From the NCBI RefSeq assembly GCF_024464595.1, contig NZ_JANHAW010000001.1:845083-885082 (forward strand): a DNA stretch of 40,000 nt. Reading direction: 5' to 3'. Both the position numbers and the translations under genes were made by a program. A model generated the notes under the pieces. That model searched no databases. It saw nothing but the letters and a program-made list of their open reading frames with translations, and was not told the origin of the DNA. This DNA is from Halobellus litoreus. Lineage in GTDB: Archaea > Halobacteriota > Halobacteria > Halobacteriales > Haloferacaceae. Shown here one piece after another: positions 9,141 through 17,361 of the stretch. The stretch's first letter is position 1, and each line of letters begins with the position of its first letter.

Positions 9141-10298
9141 ATGAAGATCGCACTTCTGGGCGTCGGGCAGGCGGGCGGGAAGGTCGCCGACGCAATCCTG
9201 GACTACGAGGCGGCCAGTCGGACCGACTTCGTCACCGACGCCGTCGCCATCAACTCCGCGCGAGCCGACTTGCTCGGACTCAGGCGGATTCCCGCTGAGA
9301 GGCGCGTGCTCATCGGTCAATCGCGCGTGAAAGGGCACGGGTGCGGGGCCGACAACGAACTGGGGGTGACCGTCGCCGAGGAGGACATCGACGAGATTCG
9401 AGGGGCCGTCGACGACCTTCCGGTCCACGAGGTCGACGCGTTCCTGGTCGTCGCCGGCCTCGGCGGCGGGACGGGGTCGGGGGCCAGCCCGGTCATCGCC
9501 CGCGAACTTTCGCGGCTCTACACGGAGCCGGTGTACGGACTGGGGGTCCTGCCGGGGAGCGACGAGGGCGGTATCTACACGCTGAACGCCGCGCGGTCGT
9601 TCCAGACGTTCGTTCGGGAGGTCGACAACCTCCTCGTCTTCGACAACGACGCCTGGCGGCGCTCGGGCGAGAGCCTCCAGGGCGGCTACGCGAGCATCAA
9701 CGAAGAGATCGCCAGACGCCTCGGCGTGCTCCTCAGCGCCGGCGAGGTGTCGGAGCCGCCGGTTCCCGAATCGGTCGTCGACGCCTCCGAGATCATCAAC
9801 ACGCTCGCCGGCGGCGGCGTGACGACGATCGGGTACGCCAACTCCCGACTCGACCGACCGCCTCGTGGCCTCTTCGGCCGGAGGGAGCAGGACCCCGACG
9901 AGACCGACGTGGTGAACCGGATCACAGCCACCGTCCGGCGGGCGACGCTCGGGAACCTGACGCTCCCGGCGAACGTCAAGAGCACCGAGCGCGCGCTCGT
10001 CGTCGTCAGCGGTCCGCCGAAGTATCTCAGCCGGAAGGGAGTCGAGGGCTCGCGGCGGTGGCTCGAAGAGGAGACCGGCACGATGGAGGTCCGCGGCGGC
10101 GACTACCCGGTCCCCGACTCCGATTACGTCTCGGCGCTCGTGGTCCTCTCGGGCGTCACGGACGTGCCGCGGATCAAGGAACTGCAGCAGATCGGCGCGG
10201 AGACGCAGCGGAACCTCGCCGAGCGCGCGGCGCAGCGACCCGAGGCGCTTCGAGACCTCGTGTGGGACGGCGACGGCGAGATCGACCCGCTGTTTTAG
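9141..10298 (+). CDS. cetZ: CetZ-family tubulin/FtsZ-like cytoskeletal GTPase (paralog A)
   Basis: MKIALLGVGQAGGK N-terminus, tubulin signature GLGGGTGSG, the GHGCGADNELG loop and a C-terminal ...EIDPLF tail. The upstream 52 codons of the ORF are basic and non-coding-like. Confidence 0.9.
   Translation: MKIALLGVGQAGGKVADAILDYEAASRTDFVTDAVAINSARADLLGLRRIPAERRVLIGQSRVKGHGCGADNELGVTVAEEDIDEIRGAVDDLPVHEVDAFLVVAGLGGGTGSGASPVIARELSRLYTEPVYGLGVLPGSDEGGIYTLNAARSFQTFVREVDNLLVFDNDAWRRSGESLQGGYASINEEIARRLGVLLSAGEVSEPPVPESVVDASEIINTLAGGGVTTIGYANSRLDRPPRGLFGRREQDPDETDVVNRITATVRRATLGNLTLPANVKSTERALVVVSGPPKYLSRKGVEGSRRWLEEETGTMEVRGGDYPVPDSDYVSALVVLSGVTDVPRIKELQQIGAETQRNLAERAAQRPEALRDLVWDGDGEIDPLF
9517..9659. 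repeat. arm A of a 143-nt inverted repeat shared with cetZ1 (14470-14612)
   Basis: My hand alignment of 9517-9659 against the reverse complement of 14470-14612 gives 142/143 identical, with a single t/c difference at 9572. The flanking codons show ordinary synonymous divergence. Confidence 0.85.
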
Positions 10299-10359
10299 CC
10301 CCGCGATCCGACGGGATCGAGGCACAGACTCAAATCCGTCTGGCCCGTTCACTCGTCCG

Positions 10360-10908
10360 ATGATGGTCACCACGCACGTGGCCGCCGGCCTCCTCCTCGC
10401 GGTGCCGGTGGCGGCGGCCACGCCCCACTTCGCCGTGCCCGCGGCAGCGGGTGCCGTCCTCGGCGGCGTCGTTCCCGACCTCGATCTCCTCGCGGGCGTC
10501 CACCGCAAGAGCCTCCACTTTCCGGTGTATTACTCGGTCGTCGGCGTCGCCGTCGGCGTCGCCGCGGTGTTCGTCCCCTCCCCGGTCACCGTCGCCGCCG
10601 CGCTCTTCTTCCTCGCGGCGGGGCTACACTCGGTCTCGGATTGGTTCGGCGCGGGCGAGGAACTCCGCCCCTGGGAGCGGACGTCGGACCGCGCGGTGTA
10701 CCTCCACCCCCGCCGCCGGTGGCTTCGCCCGCGATACGTCGTTCGCTACGACGGCGCACCTGAGGACCTCCTCCTCACGATCGGACTCGCGATCCCCGCG
10801 GCGGCGACGTTCGACGGCTGGCTCCGGGCGCTCGTCGTCGCCGGCGTCCTGCTCGCGGCGGTGTACACGCTCTTCCGGAAACGAGTGCCCGAGTGGCTCG
10901 GCGTCTGA
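10360..10908 (+). CDS. membrane-bound metal-dependent hydrolase-like protein (DUF457/YdjM-like)
   Basis: 182 aa and polytopic. It has His/Asp motifs in the DUF457 order: THVAAG, VPDLDLL, HRKSLHFP, LHSVSDW. Confidence 0.6.
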   Translation: MMVTTHVAAGLLLAVPVAAATPHFAVPAAAGAVLGGVVPDLDLLAGVHRKSLHFPVYYSVVGVAVGVAAVFVPSPVTVAAALFFLAAGLHSVSDWFGAGEELRPWERTSDRAVYLHPRRRWLRPRYVVRYDGAPEDLLLTIGLAIPAAATFDGWLRALVVAGVLLAAVYTLFRKRVPEWLGV

Positions 10909-10940
10909 GCGGTGGGGCTCGCTTCACTCGACACGCGACC

Positions 10941-12122
10941 CTACTCGCTCGGCACGCGACCGGCCGCCTCGCTGCGTGCGTCGCGAATCGTCCCGTCTCT
11001 GTTCGCGACCCGGCGAAACCGTTCGCCGTGGACGCCGTCGGCGTCGATCGCGTCGGCGATCGGGGCGGACAACCACGTGCCCTCGGCCGCTCGCCCCTCG
11101 AAGTCCGCGCGTCGGAGTTCGGCCGGGAGAAACCGATCGTACACCGGCAGTCGCTCGTGCAGCGGCGCGCCGGCGTCGTCGGCCAACGCCTCCAGTTCCC
11201 TGAGCGCGGGCCAGGCGTACTCGGGGTTGATGTAATCGTCGGTGACGGGGGAGACGCCGCCGAGGTCGTCGACGCCGCAGTCCAGCAGGTCCCGCGTCGG
11301 CGAGAGGTTCGGCGGCACCTGTACCGACACCTCCGCGGGGAGCGCCGCGCGGGCCATCGCGACGACCCGCCGCATCGTCTCGACTGACGGTCGCTCGAAG
11401 TCGGAGCGCTCGTTGGGCACGACGTTCTGGACGATGACCTCCTGGACGTGGTCGTAGCGCTCGTGGAGCGCGCGGATCGCGAGCAGGCTCTCCGCGCGGT
11501 CGCGCCACGTCTCGCCGATGCCGACGAGGATGCCGGTGGTAAACGGGACGCCGACCTCACCGGCCGCTCGGATCGTGTTCAACCGCTGGCCCGGGGTCTT
11601 CCGGCGCGTCCCCGAGTGCGCGCGAACGTCCGCGGTCGTCTCCAACATCACGCCCATACTCGCGTTCACCGGCGCGAGTCGCTCGAAATCGGCTTCGGTC
11701 AAGTCTCCGGGGTTCGAGTGCGGGAGCAGTCCCTCTTCGAGCGCCATCTCACAGCAGTCCCGGAGGTAGCCGAGCACGTCGTCGTACCCCCAGTCGGCCA
11801 GTTGGTCGTCGATCGCCGTGTAGCGGTCGTCGGGTTCGTCGCCGAAGGTGAAAAGCGCCTCCGTGCAGCCGGCGTCCGCGCCGACTCGGAGGCGTTCTCT
11901 GACCTCGTCGGGAGCGAGCACCGTCGCTTCGCCCGGCACGTCGTAGTAGGTGCAGTACGTGCAGGTGTACCGACAGGCCGTCGTCAGCGGCAGGAAGACG
12001 TTCCGCGAGAAGGTGAGTTCGGCCGCGGCGTCAACGTCGTTGGGTGTCACCGTGAGCAGGTCGTCGACGGCCGACTGCTCGATTTCGACGTCGACGCCGT
12101 ACTCCTCGGCCGCGGGGAACAT
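10941..12122 (-). CDS. cofG: FO synthase subunit CofG (7,8-didemethyl-8-hydroxy-5-deazariboflavin synthase)
   Basis: Radical-SAM motif FSRNVFLPLTTACRYTCTYCTYYD, the CofG-type context. Start at the internal ATG (CAT 12120-12122), giving MFPAAEEYGV... Confidence 0.85.
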   Translation of the reverse strand: MFPAAEEYGVDVEIEQSAVDDLLTVTPNDVDAAAELTFSRNVFLPLTTACRYTCTYCTYYDVPGEATVLAPDEVRERLRVGADAGCTEALFTFGDEPDDRYTAIDDQLADWGYDDVLGYLRDCCEMALEEGLLPHSNPGDLTEADFERLAPVNASMGVMLETTADVRAHSGTRRKTPGQRLNTIRAAGEVGVPFTTGILVGIGETWRDRAESLLAIRALHERYDHVQEVIVQNVVPNERSDFERPSVETMRRVVAMARAALPAEVSVQVPPNLSPTRDLLDCGVDDLGGVSPVTDDYINPEYAWPALRELEALADDAGAPLHERLPVYDRFLPAELRRADFEGRAAEGTWLSAPIADAIDADGVHGERFRRVANRDGTIRDARSEAAGRVPSE

Positions 12123-12354
12123 CGTACGCGATCTGAGTCGCGGACGTACAAAAACCGTCGTGCTTCCGTTCCCAGTCGGACGTGAATTTATATACGAGAG
12201 GGCAGCCACTCGCCCCGTGACGTGAGACTCGCCCCGCGTCGGGCCGCGGTTGCTCGGCACGTCGACGCGGGATTGGAGTGACGGCGCTGTGAGGACGTCG
12301 TCGCCGACGGTGTGCCGACTGCTCGCCAGAGATTTGCATCGACTCGTTTGCGAT

Positions 12355-13032
12355 TTACGATCGACGGACGCCGACCCGCCCGTCGTCTTCGTCGTCGACA
12401 GCGAACCCGGCGTCGATCAGCCACTGCCGCGCCCGTCCGTCGCCGTGTAACAGCACTTCGAGGAGGTCCGACGGCTCGTCGACGTCGGTCGCCAGTCGCA
12501 TCGAGTCGACGACAGCCACGGACAGTCCCGCCTCGGCCGCGATTCGGCGGTGATCGCGGTACGACGCGCCGTGATAGTCGACAGAGAAACCGGAATCTCG
12601 AACTACGAGGGCGTTCGTGCCGCCGCCGCGTCCCGGCGCGACGGCCACGTCGCCGCCGGCGGCGAACAGCCGTCGGAGCGCCGTCGGCGTCGCGAGCGCG
12701 AGGTCCGCCATCACGACCGCCTGCTCGACTCCTGCGCCCGTTCGCTCGTCGAGCGCGGCGTTCACGGCGGCCGAAAGCGGTCGGTCGTCCACCGTCGCGG
12801 GAAGCGACCCGAGCCGTTCTCCGACGTCGGCGGCGGCGGCGGAGTCCGCGCCTTCCGCGCGGCAATCGAGCGGTTCTGGGACGAGCAGTTCGGGGTCGTA
12901 GCCGACGCGCTCGATGGCGTCGACGACGTCACACAGCATCGCCACCGAGAACTCGCGGCGTTCGGCGGCCGAGAGAACGGGCGCGAGACGGCTCTTCGGT
13001 TCGTCGTTCGCGAAGGGTACGAGGACGCGCAT
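12355..13032 (-). CDS. cofC: 2-phospho-L-lactate guanylyltransferase CofC
   Basis: 225 aa. MRVLVPFANDEPKSRLAPVLSAAERREFSVAMLCDVV plus ...GGGTNALV are CofC family features. Confidence 0.8.
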   Translation of the reverse strand: MRVLVPFANDEPKSRLAPVLSAAERREFSVAMLCDVVDAIERVGYDPELLVPEPLDCRAEGADSAAAADVGERLGSLPATVDDRPLSAAVNAALDERTGAGVEQAVVMADLALATPTALRRLFAAGGDVAVAPGRGGGTNALVVRDSGFSVDYHGASYRDHRRIAAEAGLSVAVVDSMRLATDVDEPSDLLEVLLHGDGRARQWLIDAGFAVDDEDDGRVGVRRS

Positions 13033-13052
13033 CGAAGGGTGCGAGTCGAACG

Positions 13053-13838
13053 TCAGCCGAGTTTGTCGTGGCCGGACTGCTGAGAGCGCCAGTAGAGGAA
13101 CCCGCCGACGACGAGGCCGACGACGACCAGCCCGCCCACGGCGTAGAGGATGAGCTGCATCCGTTGGTTCGACTGCTGGGTCTGCTGGGCCCGCTCTTCG
13201 GCCTGCCCGGCGAGATCGATCGCGAGGGTGAACTCCTCGCCGTCGTACGCCTCGATCGCGTTCGCGAGCCGACGTTCGGCCTCCTCGTCGTCGACCGATT
13301 CGACGGTCGACGCGGCGTCGTCGATCGCGTTCCGGGCCTCACGACTCTCCTGGGTGTAGTGGGTGGCGGTCCAGGTGTCGATCTCGTTGGTCGAGCCGCC
13401 CTCCCGGGTCTGTTCGAGCGCCATCACCGTGAACGACTGCGGCGGATCGTACGTGTAATCGCCGACCCGCGGGACCGTCCCCGTCACGCGGACTTCGACC
13501 TCGCTGGTGCCGTCGTCGGCGACGACGCTCGCGCCGGAGAACGACTGCCCGTCGTAGGACTCCTGGCCGACCTTCGCACCGGTCTGGTCGTAGTAGACGA
13601 CCGTCCACGTCACGTTCGTGAGTTCAGTGCTCCCCGCGAGTGTCCACTCCTCGAGCGAGGGGTTCTGATACAGCTCGGTCAGCGTGGCTGTTGCGGTGAC
13701 CTCGGTTCCGACCTCGGCGTCACTGGTGACGGTCGAGTCGCCGACCGAGACGGCGGCGGCGGGGACCGTTGCGACGGAGAGGACGAAAAGACAGGCCAGC
13801 GCGAGCTTAGAAAAGCGACTCCAGCTCGTCTTCGTCAT
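13053..13838 (-). CDS. secreted, C-terminally membrane-anchored protein of unknown function
   Basis: 261 aa. It has an N-terminal signal-like segment (KLALACLFVLSVATVPAAAVS), an acidic T/V-rich ectodomain, a helical acidic segment, and a C-terminal TM (LILYAVGGLVVVGLVVGGFLYW) with a short basic tail. Its ATG (13836-13838) overlaps the cetZ1 3' end by 32 nt. Confidence 0.7.
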   Translation of the reverse strand: MTKTSWSRFSKLALACLFVLSVATVPAAAVSVGDSTVTSDAEVGTEVTATATLTELYQNPSLEEWTLAGSTELTNVTWTVVYYDQTGAKVGQESYDGQSFSGASVVADDGTSEVEVRVTGTVPRVGDYTYDPPQSFTVMALEQTREGGSTNEIDTWTATHYTQESREARNAIDDAASTVESVDDEEAERRLANAIEAYDGEEFTLAIDLAGQAEERAQQTQQSNQRMQLILYAVGGLVVVGLVVGGFLYWRSQQSGHDKLG

Positions 13839-14988
13839 CGTTTACTAGGTTCTCCAGATTGTCTTCGCTCTCCTCTCGGATGTCGTCGATGTTCTCTTGC
13901 GCCTCGATGGCGACCTGCTGTAGCTCCTTGATCCGGGGCACGTTCGTCACGCCAGAGAGGAGAATGACGGACGCAACCTTCCCGGAGTCCCTGATCGGGT
14001 AGTCGCCGCCGCGGACTTCCATACTCCCGGTCTGCTCTTCGATCCACTTGCGACCGCGCTCTATTCCCTTCCGGTTGAGATGCTGGGAGGGCCCGGCCAT
14101 CACGAGCAGCGCGCGTTCGGCTCCTTCGATTTCACAGGGGAGCGTGAGTCGGCCGAGCGCGGCCTTGCGGACGAGCGAGGTGATCCGGTTGGTCGTGTGG
14201 GCGGTGTCGAGTTCGGTTTCCTCGTTACCGCCGGTGATGCGCGAGAGCAGGCCGCCGCCGGAGGAGTCGTTTTCGACGCTTTCGGACGCGTATCCGACCG
14301 TCGAGACGCCGCCGCCGGCGAGCGTGTTGATGATCTCCGAGGAGTCGACGACGCTCTCTGCGACCTCGCCGCCCTGACCGATCTCACCCGCACCGAACAG
14401 GACGCCGAAGCGGGTGACGATCTCCTCGTTGATCTCGTCGTAGCCACCCTGCACCGACTCGCCGGTCTTCCGCCAGGCGTCGTTGTCGAAGACGAGGAGG
14501 TTGTCGACCTCCCGAACGAACGTCTGGAACGACCGCGCGGCGTTCAGCGTGTAGATGCCGCCCTCGTCGCTCCCCGGCAGGACCCCCAGTCCGTACACCG
14601 GCTCCGTGTAGATCCGCTGAAGGTGTTTCGCGAGCACGGGCGAACCGCCGCTCCCGGTACCGCCGCCGAGGCCGGCGACGACCAGGAACGCGTCGATCTC
14701 GTGAACCGGGATGCTGTCGATCGCCCCTTGGACCTCGTCGATGTCTTCTTCGGCCACCTCGGCGCCGAGTTCGTTGTCGGCCCCGACGCCGTGGCCCTTC
14801 ACGCGAGACTGACCGATGAGGACCCGCTGGTCCTTCGGGATATGTTCCAATCCCATCAGGTCTGCCTTCGCCGTGTTGACCGCCACTGCCGCGCGGACGA
14901 TCCCCGAGTCGTGGCGTTTGTCGTATTCGACGAATTTGTCGACGATCTTTCCCCCGGCCTGCCCGAAACCGATCATTGCAAGCTTCAT
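13807..14988 (-). CDS. cetZ1: CetZ-family tubulin/FtsZ-like cytoskeletal GTPase, CetZ1-like (paralog B)
   Basis: Start at the internal ATG (CAT 14986-14988) gives MKLAMIGFGQAGGKIVDKFVEYD... From memory, this closely resembles Haloferax volcanii CetZ1. It has GLGGGTGSG and a C-terminal ...DELESLF. Confidence 0.9.
   Translation of the reverse strand: MKLAMIGFGQAGGKIVDKFVEYDKRHDSGIVRAAVAVNTAKADLMGLEHIPKDQRVLIGQSRVKGHGVGADNELGAEVAEEDIDEVQGAIDSIPVHEIDAFLVVAGLGGGTGSGGSPVLAKHLQRIYTEPVYGLGVLPGSDEGGIYTLNAARSFQTFVREVDNLLVFDNDAWRKTGESVQGGYDEINEEIVTRFGVLFGAGEIGQGGEVAESVVDSSEIINTLAGGGVSTVGYASESVENDSSGGGLLSRITGGNEETELDTAHTTNRITSLVRKAALGRLTLPCEIEGAERALLVMAGPSQHLNRKGIERGRKWIEEQTGSMEVRGGDYPIRDSGKVASVILLSGVTNVPRIKELQQVAIEAQENIDDIREESEDNLENLVNDDEDELESLF
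14470..14612. repeat. arm B of the 143-nt inverted repeat shared with the cetZ paralog (9517-9659)
   Basis: See arm A. The patch encodes the YTEPVYGLGVLPGSDEGGIYTLNAARSFQTFVREVDNLLVFDNDAWR segment in both genes. Confidence 0.85.
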
Positions 14989-15215
14989 GTATCGGGTCCC
15001 CTCGCCATTGCGTGTAACCCAGTGCAAACGCGGACATAAACCTTGTGATGGTGTGAAACGCCCGTAACGACCTCTATAATGGGAAAAGTGCCCGACGGCG
15101 ACGGGTGATTAATGAGTCATTATGACTCGATTCGCGCGGTGTGACGCTCCATTTCTCAGGATTTATATTCGGGAGCGGCGGGTCGGTGGCTCGGCTCGCG
15201 CTGGTCGGGGACTGG

Positions 15216-16145
15216 TCAATCAGACGTCGCCGCCGCGCTTCCGCCCCCCACGTCGCCGGCTCGGCCGTTCAGGTAGGCCTTTAACGTCGTCAGTTCACCC
15301 ACGCCAACACCGAAGGCGTCGACGTCGTTGTCGTCAGTCACGTTGTCGAACTGCAGCGATCGATACTGGTCTTTGCCCATCGGGAACCCCGGAACGAGGC
15401 CGCCGATGCTGAGTCCGATCTTGGCCAGCCCCATCGGCACCGGGACGACCGTCGTCGACCGGCCGTCGGAATCGTGGATCAACCGCGCGATCTCCGCCAG
15501 GGTGAGCTTGTCGGGGCCGCCGATCTCGTAGATCTGTCCGACGTGTTTCTCGTCTTCGATCGCGTCCGCCAGCATCGGCGCGAGGTCGCCGACCCAGATC
15601 GGCTGGAAACGGGTCTTCCCGCCGCCGGGAAGCGCGCTGACGTACGGCGGAGCGAGCAGTTTCGTGAAGGAGACGAACTCGCCGCCCTCGCCGAAGACCA
15701 CCGAGGGACGGAAGATCGTGTAGTCGAGGACTGACTCGGTGACGATCTCCTCGGCCGCACCCTTCGAGCGGATGTACGCCGTCGGCCCGTCCGGATCGGC
15801 CCCCAGCGCGCTCATCTGAACGAACCGGTCGACCTCGTGCTTTTCCGCGGCGCGGACGACGTGTTCGGTTCCTTTCCGGTGGATCTCGTCGTGCATCTTG
15901 TCGCCGCCGCTCGGTTTGAAGAGCGGGGAGAGCGCGACGAGGTTGAACACGGCGTCTTTCCCCTCGAACGCCTCGCGGATGGATCCGTACTCCCTGACGT
16001 TTCCCATCACTTTATTGACGCCTTTGGGTAAGTCGTCGCTGCTCGGGCTCCGCGAAAGCGCCGTCACGTCGTGTCCCCGGCGCTTCAGTTCGGCACAGAG
16101 GTTGGTTCCGATAAACCCGCTTCCGCCGACGACAAGTACTTTCAT
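15216..16145 (-). CDS. NAD(P)-binding SDR/epimerase family protein (NDUFA9-like)
   Basis: Start at the internal ATG (CAT 16143-16145) gives MKVLVVGGSGFIGTNLCAEL, a Rossmann GxxGxxG motif. 309 aa. Confidence 0.8.
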   Translation of the reverse strand: MKVLVVGGSGFIGTNLCAELKRRGHDVTALSRSPSSDDLPKGVNKVMGNVREYGSIREAFEGKDAVFNLVALSPLFKPSGGDKMHDEIHRKGTEHVVRAAEKHEVDRFVQMSALGADPDGPTAYIRSKGAAEEIVTESVLDYTIFRPSVVFGEGGEFVSFTKLLAPPYVSALPGGGKTRFQPIWVGDLAPMLADAIEDEKHVGQIYEIGGPDKLTLAEIARLIHDSDGRSTTVVPVPMGLAKIGLSIGGLVPGFPMGKDQYRSLQFDNVTDDNDVDAFGVGVGELTTLKAYLNGRAGDVGGGSAAATSD

Positions 16146-16287
16146 ACCCGTGATATCTCTCCGTGCCGACGTAAAGCTAACTGCCGAGACGACCTCCCTC
16201 GGGGCTGTCGGTCTCATTCGGATTTATTATGTTGGTGTCTTCTTCAATGGTAAAGTTATTATATTGAACTTCTATATTATTAATTAG

Positions 16288-17361
16288 ATGGAGACAACCA
16301 GACGCCAACTGCTCGTGACGGCGGCAGGGGTAGCCGCGGTGGGTGCAAGCGCCGGATGCGTCGGCGGAGCGACGAACGGCGACGGCTCGGAGTCCGGACG
16401 GGCCACCGCGCAGTCCCCGTTTTTCGTGTTCGGTGACGTGGCGGCGAACGTCGCGGCCGACGCCGCGGCGACCGAACTGCTCGTTCCGGTCGGACAGCAC
16501 GGACACGGGTGGGAGCCCGGGCCGCGGGTTCGCGAAGCGGTCCACGACGCGGCGCTGTTCGTCCACGGGCCGGTCGGCTTCCAGCCGTGGGTCGACGACA
16601 TCCTGGGTGACCTCGACGACGACGGCTCGGACGTGGCGACCGTCGACGTGGCTTCCGGGGTCGAGCTGCTGCCGGCCGACGACTCCCACGACCACTCGGA
16701 TCAGCACGAGCACGGGACGGACCACCACGACGAACACACCACTGACCACCACGACGAACACACCACTGACCACCACGACGAACACACCACTGACCACCAC
16801 GACGAGGACCAGCACGAGCACGACCGCGGAACCGACCCGCACTTCTGGATGGATCCGCTCCGGCTCGGGGCCGCGATCGAAAACGTCCGCGACGCGCTGT
16901 CGAGGGTCGATCCGGACAACGCCGAGACGTACGCCGAGAACGCCGCCTCGTTCCGGGCCGACGTCGACGACCTCCACGGACGGCTCGAATCGACGGTCGC
17001 TGAGGCATCGAAAGGCGTCGTCCTCGTGGCCGGCCACAACGCCCTCCGGTACTTCGGCGAGCGGTACGGCGTCGAGATCGAGGCGCTGACGAACGTCTCT
17101 CCCGACGACCGTCCGACGCCCAGAGACATCGAGCGCGCGCAGACGGTCGTCGATCGACACGACTTGCGGTACGTCTGCGCGGACCCGTTAGAGTCCCAGC
17201 GGGCGGCCGAGCAGCTCGTCGCGGAGACCGACGCCGAGGCGGTGCTGCCGCTGACCTCGATGCCCGGGTTGACAGACGAGTGGGAGGCCGAGGAGTGGGG
17301 CTATCTCGACGTGATGCGCAACGTGAACCTCCCGACGTTGGAACGAGCGCTGGAGGCGTGA
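16288..17361 (+). CDS. znuA: metal (probably zinc) ABC transporter substrate-binding lipoprotein
   Basis: It has a twin-Arg signal plus lipobox (METTRRQLLVTAAGVAAVGASAGC), the DPHFWMDP motif of the ZnuA/TroA family, and a long His/Asp-rich loop. The stop overlaps the znuC start. Confidence 0.85.
   Translation: METTRRQLLVTAAGVAAVGASAGCVGGATNGDGSESGRATAQSPFFVFGDVAANVAADAAATELLVPVGQHGHGWEPGPRVREAVHDAALFVHGPVGFQPWVDDILGDLDDDGSDVATVDVASGVELLPADDSHDHSDQHEHGTDHHDEHTTDHHDEHTTDHHDEHTTDHHDEDQHEHDRGTDPHFWMDPLRLGAAIENVRDALSRVDPDNAETYAENAASFRADVDDLHGRLESTVAEASKGVVLVAGHNALRYFGERYGVEIEALTNVSPDDRPTPRDIERAQTVVDRHDLRYVCADPLESQRAAEQLVAETDAEAVLPLTSMPGLTDEWEAEEWGYLDVMRNVNLPTLERALEA
16720..16805. repeat. 24-bp tandem repeat (about 3.6 copies) encoding the His-rich loop of ZnuA
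   Basis: The unit gaccaccacgacgaacacaccact occurs at 16720-16743, 16744-16767 and 16768-16791, with a partial copy at 16792-16805. It encodes (DHHDEHTT)n. Confidence 0.9.

Noticed and set aside
16720-16805. Possible CRISPR-like or minisatellite array.
   Set aside because: The repeats are contiguous with no spacers, in frame, and inside a coding region. They form a coding tandem repeat, not a CRISPR array.
16177-17160. Minus-strand ORF with a repeated VVVVSGVF motif.
   Set aside because: It is the mirror image of the 24-bp tandem repeat that encodes the ZnuA His-rich loop on the plus strand. It is not an independent gene.
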